24,000 nucleotides of DNA, taken from the NCBI GenBank assembly GCA_963603005.1, contig CAVCLW010000019.1, positions 8,896 through 32,895 on the forward strand, written 5' to 3'. Position 1 is the first letter of the stretch, and every line of letters begins with the position of its first letter. The notes under the pieces are model-generated. The model was given only the letters and a program-made list of their open reading frames with translations. It was not told where the DNA came from and searched no databases. Positions 17,510-24,000 of the stretch are shown here, piece by piece. The DNA is from Escherichia coli (GTDB lineage Bacteria; Bacillota; Negativicutes; Acidaminococcales; Acidaminococcaceae). Position numbers and translations under genes: made by a program.

Positions 17510-18379
17510 GTGGCTATGGTGGGCCGCCCGAACGTAGGCAAATCAACTCTGACAAACAGTCTGATCGGTGAGAAAATCGCCATCATGTCCGACAGACCGC
17601 AGACAACCCGCAACAAGATTATGTGCATTATGAATACGGATAATGCGCAGATTATGTTTCTTGATACACCGGGCATCCACAAGCCGCAGCACAAGCTGGG
17701 CGAATACATGGTGCGCACTGCTGAAAGCACCCTGCAGGAGGTTGACGTTGTCCTCTTTGTAGTGGATGCAACCGAAAAACGCGGCGCAGGCGAAGATTAT
17801 ATCCTGAACCTGCTGCAGAAGGTAAAAACACCGGTAATTCTGGTAGTAAATAAAATTGACAAGCTGGCAGATAAGCAAAAGCTGTTCCAGATTGTGGAAG
17901 GCTACAATAAGCTGTATAAATTTGCAGCGATTGTACCTGTTTCCGCATTGAATGACAGCGAATTCCCCGGTCTGGTGCAGGAAATCACCAAGCATCTGCC
18001 GGAGGGACCGGCGTACTTCCCGGAGGATATGATTACCGACCAGCCGGAGCGCGTAATTGCCGCCGAAATGATCCGTGAAAAGGTATTGCGCCTGACGCGT
18101 GATGAAATTCCCCATTCCGTAGCGGTTGAGGTGGACGAATTCAAGGAGCGCGACGAAGAAAACGTTTATATCAGAGCAACAATTTTTGTAGAGCGTGAAT
18201 CGCAAAAGGGCATTGTTATCGGTGCTAAGGGCAGCCTGCTGAAGAAAATCGGCCAACAGGCGCGTGCTGATATCGAAAACCTGCTGTACTGCAAGGTCTT
18301 TTTGGATTTATGGGTTAAGGTTAAGGCTGACTGGCGTAACAAGGATAAAGCCTTGAAGCAGCTTGGCTACAAGGAGTGA
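17510..18379 (+). CDS. era: GTPase Era (the annotated start is the first canonical codon; the true start is probably upstream, see findings)
   Basis: G1 [10 protein letters not shown]3 DTPG and G4 NKID motifs, with a C-terminal KH domain. The in-frame sequence upstream (..KHYAGF) completes the conserved GFVA(I/M)VG strand but contains no ATG, GTG or TTG. Confidence 0.9.
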   Translation: MAMVGRPNVGKSTLTNSLIGEKIAIMSDRPQTTRNKIMCIMNTDNAQIMFLDTPGIHKPQHKLGEYMVRTAESTLQEVDVVLFVVDATEKRGAGEDYILNLLQKVKTPVILVVNKIDKLADKQKLFQIVEGYNKLYKFAAIVPVSALNDSEFPGLVQEITKHLPEGPAYFPEDMITDQPERVIAAEMIREKVLRLTRDEIPHSVAVEVDEFKERDEENVYIRATIFVERESQKGIVIGAKGSLLKKIGQQARADIENLLYCKVFLDLWVKVKADWRNKDKALKQLGYKE

Positions 18380-18508
18380 GGACTTATCAACTTTTTTCGG
18401 AAACTGATTGATTTCTGGCACAGGCTGCCGCTTGCCTGGTATTACCTGAAAACCGGTACTTGGCACAAGGAGGGCAGCGCCAGCAGTGAGGACGAGCTGC
18501 GCCGGCTG

Positions 18509-19273
18509 GTGAGCGCCAGTGAGCGACATGGCCAGATTGACCATGTCGAGGGTAGCATGATCGGTAATGTGTTTGACTTTGCCGACCGTGTGGCGCGCGA
18601 GGTAATGGTGCCAAGACAGGATATGGTATGCCTGTTTTTGGACGATACGCTGGCAGAAAATATGGCTGTTGTGCGCAGCAGTCATCATACGCGCTATCCG
18701 CTCTGCATGGAGGATAAGGACCAGGTGGTGGGCACGCTGCACGTGCGTGACCTGCTGAAGCTTAAGCCGGGGCAGACTACCTTTGACCTGCGCCGTCTGA
18801 TGCGTCCGATTGTTGTTATCCCGGAGGCGATGCCGGTGCCGAAGGCCTTGCGCCTGATGCAGCAGCGTCATGTGCAGATGGTGCTGGTGGCGGATGAGTA
18901 CGGTGGTACAGCAGGCCTGATTACCATGGAGGACCTTGTGGAGGAAATCGTCGGTGAGATTCAGGATGAGCATGAAGCGGCTGAACCGCCTGACGTGCTG
19001 CAGCTGCCGGACGGCAGCATTGAATTTGACGGCATGGTACTGCTGGACGATGTGGCAGAGAAGCTGTCAATAGAGTTTGCTGACCCGGAGGAGGATACCA
19101 TCGGCGGTTATGTTTTCGGTCTGCTGGGACGCAAGCCTGAGATTGGTGATGTTGTGGAAATTTCCGGCTACAGCTTTAAGATACTGCGCACGGAGGGCTT
19201 CCGCGTAGTGCGCGTGCTGGCTGCGAAGCTGCCGCAGGCGCCGGAGCAGAAGGAAGAGCAGCAGGATGAATGA
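18509..19273 (+). CDS. corC: CBS-pair plus CorC_HlyC domain protein (CorC/YbeX-like); start uncertain, or a 5'-truncated DUF21-family gene
   Basis: The sequence runs IGNVFDFADRVAREVMVPR, then two CBS motifs, then the C-terminal transporter-associated domain (EDTIGGYVFGLLGRKPEIGD..). The frame stays open and family-like right back to the era stop codon. Confidence 0.8.
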   Translation: MSASERHGQIDHVEGSMIGNVFDFADRVAREVMVPRQDMVCLFLDDTLAENMAVVRSSHHTRYPLCMEDKDQVVGTLHVRDLLKLKPGQTTFDLRRLMRPIVVIPEAMPVPKALRLMQQRHVQMVLVADEYGGTAGLITMEDLVEEIVGEIQDEHEAAEPPDVLQLPDGSIEFDGMVLLDDVAEKLSIEFADPEEDTIGGYVFGLLGRKPEIGDVVEISGYSFKILRTEGFRVVRVLAAKLPQAPEQKEEQQDE

Positions 19274-20027
19274 TTCGCAAAGAGTGCTTTTGGCAGATGA
19301 TGCGCTTGTTTTGCATGTAAAAAACTGGCAGACCGCAGATAAATATGCAGTCTGCTTTACGAAGGAGCATGGCAAGGTGCGCTTTATCGCCTATGGTGCC
19401 CGCTATGAAAAAAATGTACATGGCAGATTGCTGCAGCCTTTCGCCAATCTGCATATTGAGGTGCAGCAGGGGCAGAAGATAGACAAGCTGCGCAGCTGTG
19501 AGCTTTTGCAGATGCCGAAGTCGATGGATATGCAGCAGATGGCTTATGCGGCGGTGGCGTCGGAGCTGACTGCTGTGCTGACGGAGGACAGAGTGCCGCA
19601 GCAGGAGCTTTATGAAATGCTGGGCGCTGCCCTGGCGGCGCTGCTGCAGCGCAATCCGCGTCTGGTTGTTTTGTCCTATGCTATAAAATTGCTGGCGGCT
19701 ACGGGCTTTGCGCCGCAGCTTACGCATTGCGTGCACTGCTGTGAGGCTGTGACGGCGCAGGAGGATGCGTGGTTCAGTCCGCTGCAGGGCGGGCTTATCT
19801 GCAGCAGCTGCAGGAGCAGCTATAACGGTGACGGGTTGGAGCCGTGCAGTGCGGAAACACGTGAGCTGTGGCAGTGGCTGGCGCAGCTTGATTACGAGCA
19901 GCCGGCGCCCTTTAGGGTGCGAGGCGGTGCGCTGATGGAGCTGGAAAAAATTCTCTTCAAGTTTATCTTCTTTCAGACGGATAAGCCTTTGAACAGCTTA
20001 AACTTTTTGAGTCAGTTGCAGCTGTGA
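19266..20027 (+). CDS. recO: DNA repair protein RecO
   Basis: N-terminal OB-fold region and a zinc finger (CVHCC...CSSC). It takes the conserved era-recO position and overlaps corC by 8 nt. Confidence 0.88.
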   Translation: MNDSQRVLLADDALVLHVKNWQTADKYAVCFTKEHGKVRFIAYGARYEKNVHGRLLQPFANLHIEVQQGQKIDKLRSCELLQMPKSMDMQQMAYAAVASELTAVLTEDRVPQQELYEMLGAALAALLQRNPRLVVLSYAIKLLAATGFAPQLTHCVHCCEAVTAQEDAWFSPLQGGLICSSCRSSYNGDGLEPCSAETRELWQWLAQLDYEQPAPFRVRGGALMELEKILFKFIFFQTDKPLNSLNFLSQLQL

Positions 20028-20070
20028 GGCTGTGGCGAAGGCGCTTAATTGAAGAACGTAAAACGTAAAC

Positions 20071-20107
20071 AAAAACGCTAAAGGCTTTGAAGTTTTTAGC
20101 GTTTTTT
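20071..20107 (+). terminator. Rho-independent terminator after recO (A/T-rich stem, symmetric)
   Basis: AAAAACGCTAAA (20071-20082) pairs perfectly with TTTAGCGTTTTT (20095-20106). The 3' T-run merges into TTTTTT. Only a few GC pairs are present, so strength is moderate. Confidence 0.5.
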
Positions 20108-20112
20108 GCATG

Positions 20113-20140
20113 CAAAAAGTCCGCTCACATAGAGCGGACT
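20113..20140 (-). terminator. Rho-independent terminator of the MerR-family gene
   Basis: On the minus strand, AGTCCGCTC-TATGT-GAGCGGACT forms a 9-bp stem followed by TTTTT. It lies about 65 nt downstream of the minus-strand stop at 20205. Confidence 0.75.
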
Positions 20141-20204
20141 CAGTAAAGGCTATCTTAGACATTGTACGTAAATGTTTAGTTTTAAGCATAACATGGGAGA
20201 ATTT

Positions 20205-21065
20205 TTACGTCAGAGAAGTTGTATCCTTATCTTCAACTTTCAAAAAGATTTTGTTGACGTACTGTTCGCAGTCGCAGGAGAACCAATGATTTTCCAGAGG
20301 CAGGATATAAATATTGCCGACAGGCTCCAAATCATTGGTCTGCAGAAAGTGTTCGATGCGCTGGGATAATTTTTCAGCGTTCTCGCAAAAGGTACCCGAA
20401 AAAATAATTTCCAGATACAGACCGGCAGGCAACGTCATTTTGATGGACTGCCGATGCTTGGTGGCGCTGGTGACACAGGAAAAATATGCCTGTGAACGTT
20501 GAAATTCATGCTTTTTAAAAAAGCTTTCCTGGTCTAAAACCCAGCCTGCATGATTAGGCAAGGCTCCCTTGTGATGCGCGCGTCTTTGACCATGGCGTGC
20601 AAATTTGGTAATGCGGCTTTTGCCGTCATCACTTTCCGCAAGCGGCGTCAGACGCAGCAGACGGTCAGTTTGCCAGCTGAGCGTAATGTGACGGCAGGGG
20701 TTAAGCTCCTTGACGTGCATATCCTCCTTAATGCGCTCGATGGTGTCGCAGATTTCCTGATTGTTGTGGATGATTGCCTGACATTCCGCTGTTTTTTCCT
20801 GCAGCAGCTGCAGAAAATGCTCCTTGCTGCGGTCCTCCAGATATTTTTTGATATTGGCGATGCTGATATCCAGCGCACGCAGGTTGACGATTATCTCCAA
20901 ATCCAGAAATTGCTGGATAGAATAATTGCGGTAGCCATTTTCACTGATAAAGTCCGGTGAAAGCAGGTTAACCTTGTCGTAGTAGAGCAATGACTGCTTA
21001 GATATATTAAAAATTGCTGCCAGCTCGCCGGCAGTAAAGTACTTTCGCTTGTCTTTATTAATCAT
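20205..21065 (-). CDS. MerR-family transcriptional regulator with a C-terminal GyrI-like (BmrR-type) effector-binding domain
   Basis: The N-terminal wHTH (YFTAGELAAIFNISKQSLLYYDKVNLLSP...NGYRNYS) is followed by a coiled-coil dimerisation helix. The roughly 150-aa C-terminal domain (LPAGLYLEIIFSGTF...IYILPLENHW...IFLKVE) looks GyrI-like. An SD (GAGGAA) is present. The gene is divergent from the nifH-like operon. Confidence 0.85.
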   Translation of the reverse strand: MINKDKRKYFTAGELAAIFNISKQSLLYYDKVNLLSPDFISENGYRNYSIQQFLDLEIIVNLRALDISIANIKKYLEDRSKEHFLQLLQEKTAECQAIIHNNQEICDTIERIKEDMHVKELNPCRHITLSWQTDRLLRLTPLAESDDGKSRITKFARHGQRRAHHKGALPNHAGWVLDQESFFKKHEFQRSQAYFSCVTSATKHRQSIKMTLPAGLYLEIIFSGTFCENAEKLSQRIEHFLQTNDLEPVGNIYILPLENHWFSCDCEQYVNKIFLKVEDKDTTSLT

Positions 21066-21082
21066 AATTGTTCCTCATAAGC

Positions 21083-21113
21083 TTGACTATAATACTAGTA
21101 TATAGTTTAATAT
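21083..21113 (+). promoter_or_regulatory. MerR-type promoter/operator for the nifH-like operon
   Basis: -35 TTGACT (21083-88), a 19-bp spacer, and -10 TAATAT (21108-13). The spacer holds a perfect 10-bp palindrome ATACTAGTAT (21092-21101) nested in ACTATA-N9-TATAGT (21086-21106). The region is AT-rich, so alternative hexamers exist. Confidence 0.55.
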
Positions 21114-21148
21114 TAGAAGGAATAGTATCACTTCTTTTTATCTAGTAA

Positions 21149-21177
21149 ATTATATCATATTTTTCCTGCTATTTAAA
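21149..21177 (-). promoter_or_regulatory. Candidate promoter of the MerR-family gene
   Basis: The minus strand reads TTTAAA-17 bp-TATAAT with an extended -10 (TGATATAAT is the complement of 21149-21157). The resulting transcript would traverse the palindrome before reaching the regulator's start codon. Confidence 0.4.
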
Positions 21178-21213
21178 TAGGAGTTTTGAGTATAGGATGG
21201 AGGTCAATATTTA

Positions 21214-22020
21214 ATGAAGAAAATTGCGATTTATGGTAAGGGCGGTATCGGCAAATCTACGACAACATCAAATCTGTCGGCTGCATTCAGTGAGGATGGT
21301 CTTAAGGTTTGCCAAATAGGCTGCGATCCGAAAAATGATTCTACCAGACTTTTGCTGGGACGCATCTGCAGCCAGACTGTTCTGGACATGGTGCGCGATA
21401 ATGATGAGGTTGCGGCAGAGGATATTGTTCATACAGGCTACAATGGCATCAAATGCGTAGAGGCCGGCGGTCCTGAACCAGGCGTAGGCTGTGCGGGCCG
21501 TGGTATTATTGTGGCGCTGGAAAAGCTGCGTTCGCTGGAGGTGCTGACGGACGAGGACCTGATTATGTATGACGTTTTAGGTGACGTAGTTTGCGGCGGT
21601 TTCGCCGTGCCTATCCGTGAGGGCTATGCAACCGATATATATATTGTTTCTTCCGGCGAGCTGATGAGCCTTTATGCTGCCAACAACATTGCCAAGGGCG
21701 TAAAGCGTTTTGCTATGCGCGGCGGTGTGCGTTTGGGCGGTATCATCGGCAACGGTCGTAATACACCTAACGAGCAGCAGCTGCTGCAGGAATTCGCCAA
21801 ACGCCTGCACACTCAGCTGATTGCTTTCATTCCGCGTGATGTAATCGTCAATAAGGCGGAAAACAATCGCCAGACAGTGCTGCAGTATGCACCGGAAAGC
21901 GCTCAGGCCGGCGTTTACCGCAAGCTGGCGCATGATATTTGGCATAATGAAAACATGGCTATTCCTACGCCGATGAGCTTTGAGGAGCTTGAAAAGCTGG
22001 TGGCCGAATATGGCAATTAA
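21214..22020 (+). CDS. NifH/BchL/CfbC-family ATP-dependent [4Fe-4S] reductase component (nitrogenase iron protein-like)
   Basis: 268 aa. P-loop [11 protein letters not shown] and switch [10 protein letters not shown]. Cluster cysteines are in GVGCAGRGI and switch [14 protein letters not shown]. An SD (GGATGGAGG) lies upstream. Confidence 0.93.
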   Translation: MKKIAIYGKGGIGKSTTTSNLSAAFSEDGLKVCQIGCDPKNDSTRLLLGRICSQTVLDMVRDNDEVAAEDIVHTGYNGIKCVEAGGPEPGVGCAGRGIIVALEKLRSLEVLTDEDLIMYDVLGDVVCGGFAVPIREGYATDIYIVSSGELMSLYAANNIAKGVKRFAMRGGVRLGGIIGNGRNTPNEQQLLQEFAKRLHTQLIAFIPRDVIVNKAENNRQTVLQYAPESAQAGVYRKLAHDIWHNENMAIPTPMSFEELEKLVAEYGN

Positions 22021-23299
22021 AACAAGACGCTTTTACAGTGCACGCAAAAGCTGTAGCTGCAGCATGCCTGGCGTGTGGCGCGCCGTTGCCTATATGAACG
22101 GAGCTGTGGTAGTTTTTCACAGCCCGCGTGCCTGTGCTCATGTAGCACGCACGATGGATATCAATTCTCAATACCGCACGCTTTCCGAAAATGAACGTGA
22201 GCAATGGGGCTCCGTGCCGCTGCTGAGCAGCCAGATGCAGGAAAAGGACGCAATTTTCGGCGGTGTGGCGCGTTTGGAAAAATGCCTGCGCTTTGCCATT
22301 GAAACATATAAACCCAAGTGCCTGATGATTGCCAATTCCTGCGTGGCCGGTGTTATCGGTGACGATGTGGAATCGGTGGCACGCGAGGTGGAGGAGGAAT
22401 ATAATGTTCCTATTCTGACTGTTGAATGCTGCGGTTTTTTGGGTGCGGAATATTATGACGGCTATTTTGAAATTACGCAGAAGCTGTTGGAGCGCTTTGT
22501 GAAGCCTTGCACCAAGCAAAAGGACAGCGTCCTGCTTTTAGGCGATAACGGTGGCCCGTGGGGGCATTACGCGAAAGAGGTTACGCGTATTTTGCAGGAA
22601 TTCGGCGTAGAGGTTATCGGTCAGTTCCCCGGCTATATGGCTATGGATGAGCTGGAAAAGGTGGCAGCCGCCGAATATGCGGTTGTGCTTGGCGGCCGCG
22701 GGCAGACGCATATCGGTTTGCGTAAGGTTGCAGAGCAGCTGCAGGAAAAATACGGCACACATTATCTGGCCGATATTTATCCTGTCGGCTGGCAGGAAAC
22801 GCAGGACTGGATTATCAGCATCGGCCGTATGCTGGGGCGTGAGCAGTTGGCACAGCAGGTGCTGAGGCTGGAGCAGCAGCGCTTAAGTGAGCAGCTGCAG
22901 CATTTTCTGCCGGTAACGGAAGGCAAGAAAACAGTGCTGTGCATCGGTCGTATTCTGAGATATTTTCATCCGGGGAATATCCTGCAGACTATCAAGCTTT
23001 TGCGCTTGAATCTTACCGGCATTATTCTCTTGGATTCCTATGACGGTGATGAGCGTGAAGCGATGCTGAAGGTTGTGCAGGAAAACAGCGATGTACCTGT
23101 TTATACTACGGCGGAGGGTGAAAAGCTGGTTGCAGAGGCAGATATCGTGTTGACAACGCACGAACTGCAGAATAAGGAGGCACGCCAGATTTTTCTGCCG
23201 ATGCTGCCGCAGGTTGCCGTTGCCGGTGAGGTCAAGATGATGCAGGGAATTTATCAGAGCCTGTGCAGCAGGCTGAAGGGAGGCGTGCGCTATGTCTGA
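22010..23299 (+). CDS. Nitrogenase component-1-type oxidoreductase, NifD/NifE-like subunit
   Basis: 429 aa, with an ATG overlapping the nifH-like gene by 11 nt. By-eye alignment to NifD places [42 protein letters not shown] and VECCGF. The track's 21980 start is rejected as an in-gene extension. Confidence 0.85.
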   Translation: MAIKTRRFYSARKSCSCSMPGVWRAVAYMNGAVVVFHSPRACAHVARTMDINSQYRTLSENEREQWGSVPLLSSQMQEKDAIFGGVARLEKCLRFAIETYKPKCLMIANSCVAGVIGDDVESVAREVEEEYNVPILTVECCGFLGAEYYDGYFEITQKLLERFVKPCTKQKDSVLLLGDNGGPWGHYAKEVTRILQEFGVEVIGQFPGYMAMDELEKVAAAEYAVVLGGRGQTHIGLRKVAEQLQEKYGTHYLADIYPVGWQETQDWIISIGRMLGREQLAQQVLRLEQQRLSEQLQHFLPVTEGKKTVLCIGRILRYFHPGNILQTIKLLRLNLTGIILLDSYDGDEREAMLKVVQENSDVPVYTTAEGEKLVAEADIVLTTHELQNKEARQIFLPMLPQVAVAGEVKMMQGIYQSLCSRLKGGVRYV

Positions 23300-24000
23300 A
23301 AAACAAGGCTGGGGCAATATCTGCGAGCGTGTGGATACCTGTGCGCTGACAGGTGCAGGTGCCTTTTTCGCTGCTATTGATAAGAGTGAGGTTTTGATTA
23401 ACGGACCATTGTGGTGTTATTTTTATGCTCTTCGACATCTGGAAAAGGCGCGTCCCGATATGTATACGCGCTTTTACGGCTCTCAGCCTGATAATAACGC
23501 TGTTATTTATGGCTCCGAGGAATATGTAACGCAGGAGCTGCAGCGTATGCTGGAGGATGGTCATAAGCCTTCGGTGCTGCTTTTGGAAAGCAGCTGCTCG
23601 CTGAGCTTAATCGGTGATGATTTGGCAGGCATGGCGCGCAAGCTGGAGCTGCCGTTCCCTGTGGTTACATTGGATAGCGGCGGTATGGTCGGCGGCTTTG
23701 CTGCAGGCTACGCCAAGGCTGCCAAGAAGCTGTTTGCGCAGCTGTTGCCGCAGACTGCGACAGCAAAGCCTTTGGCAGTGAATATTTTAGGACAATCGGA
23801 ATTTTATCTGCAGGGTGCTGCCGATACGCAGGAATTAAAACGCTTACTGCAGCTGGCAGGCTATGAGGTGCTGTGCACTCCCGGCTGCGAATGCACGCTG
23901 GAGGAGCTGCAGAAGCTTCCGGAGGCTTCACTGAACATTGTTACCAATGCGGAGCTGGGTTTGCCGCTGGCTGAATATCTGCAGAAAAAATACGGCACGC
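23292..24000 (+). CDS. Nitrogenase component-1-type oxidoreductase, NifK/NifN-like subunit (3'-partial, runs off the window)
   Basis: I translated this by hand and the frame stays open from ATG 23292 to nt 24000 (236 codons). An SD (AAGGGAGG) lies 8 nt upstream, and the start overlaps the preceding gene by 8 nt. Motifs are DTCALTGA, NGPLWCYFY and ESSCSLSLIGDDL. It is absent from the supplied ORF track because no stop falls within the window. Confidence 0.8.
   Translation, partial: MSEKQGWGNICERVDTCALTGAGAFFAAIDKSEVLINGPLWCYFYALRHLEKARPDMYTRFYGSQPDNNAVIYGSEEYVTQELQRMLEDGHKPSVLLLESSCSLSLIGDDLAGMARKLELPFPVVTLDSGGMVGGFAAGYAKAAKKLFAQLLPQTATAKPLAVNILGQSEFYLQGAADTQELKRLLQLAGYEVLCTPGCECTLEELQKLPEASLNIVTNAELGLPLAEYLQKKYGT

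Noticed and set aside
18374-18390. An Era-CorC fusion produced by TGA read-through or recoding, since both genes are in the same frame and separated by a single TGA.
   Set aside because: TGA is used as an ordinary stop by several other genes in the window (murE, murD, ftsZ, recO). No SECIS-like or slippery element is evident. A perfect AAGGAG sits at the junction, which fits independent re-initiation better.
17543-19736. Minus-strand ORFs 17543-18256, 18308-18973 and 19176-19736, plus assorted short + frame ORFs such as 13429-13671 and 13517-13723.
   Set aside because: They are antisense or out of frame relative to era, corC, recO and pgeF. They have no motifs or ribosome-binding sites, and their Arg/His/Gln-rich composition is typical of off-frame translation.
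20172-20960. Plus-strand ORFs 20172-20369, 20314-20502 and 20550-20960, overlapping the MerR-family gene.
   Set aside because: The minus-strand frame encodes a complete wHTH plus effector-domain protein with an SD and a terminator. The + strand ORFs have no start context and no recognisable similarity.
21115-21139. A possible attenuator hairpin (AGAAG...CTTCT followed by TTTTT) in the 5' UTR of the nifH-like operon.
   Set aside because: The stem is only 5 bp and A/U-rich, with an 11-nt loop. It is too weak to call and is expected by chance in a region this AT-rich.
21965-23931. Minus-strand ORFs 21965-22519, 22883-23317, 23232-23564 and 23665-23931, antisense to the nifD-like and nifK-like genes.
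   Set aside because: These are shadow ORFs of the coupled + strand operon, with no motifs and no translation signals.
21214-24000. Reading the H-D-K genes as a genuine N2-fixing Mo-nitrogenase (nifHDK).
   Set aside because: The D-like subunit is short (429 aa) and has no cysteine at the position aligned by eye with NifD Cys275. There are no nifI/glnB genes between H and D, and no nifENB is visible. The adjacent regulator is MerR-type. This needs a proper phylogeny, but the evidence favours a nitrogenase-like (group IV) enzyme.
1-24000. A scan for tRNA, rRNA, CRISPR arrays, transposase or integrase genes, terminal inverted repeats and toxin-antitoxin or defence modules.
   Set aside because: I saw no cloverleaf-like or rRNA-like segments, no regularly spaced direct repeats, and no recombinase-like ORFs by eye. 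Intergenic space is small except at the regions already described. This was a manual scan only, so tRNAscan-SE, cmscan or a CRISPR finder could still detect something I missed.

Overview
The window looks like a Bacillota-type chromosome, roughly 50% GC and genetic code 11. The gene order hints at a Negativicutes-like (diderm) Firmicute, but that is inference only.

- **nt 1-12.8 kb:** a tightly packed + strand division/cell-wall (dcw) cluster, ftsL(partial)-murE-murF-mraY-murD-murG-murC-ddl-ftsQ-DUF881-sbp-ftsZ, followed by nrdR. Several genes are absent from their usual positions: no PBP/ftsI after ftsL, no ftsW between murD and murG, no murB, and no ftsA before ftsZ.
- **nt 12.8-20.0 kb:** + strand housekeeping genes: a small secreted protein, pgeF, an alpha/beta hydrolase, a lipoprotein cyclophilin, then phoH-ybeY-cdd-era-corC(ybeX-like)-recO. 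In both era and corC, family-typical N-terminal coding sequence lies upstream of the first ATG/GTG/TTG. In each case a Shine-Dalgarno (SD) sequence is followed 9 nt later by an in-frame ATA or ATC.
- **nt 20.0-24.0 kb:** the character changes after a pair of convergent terminators. A minus-strand MerR-family regulator with a GyrI-like effector domain faces, across a 148-bp AT-rich region, a translationally coupled nifH-like / nifD-like / nifK-like operon. The intergenic region carries a TTGACT-19 bp-TAATAT MerR-type promoter enclosing a palindrome. The nifK-like gene is 3'-partial and is not in the supplied ORF track.

This MerR-controlled, nitrogenase-like (group IV / NFL-type) ATP-dependent reductase is the best candidate for an undescribed system. 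I recognised no rRNA, tRNA, CRISPR array or mobile element.
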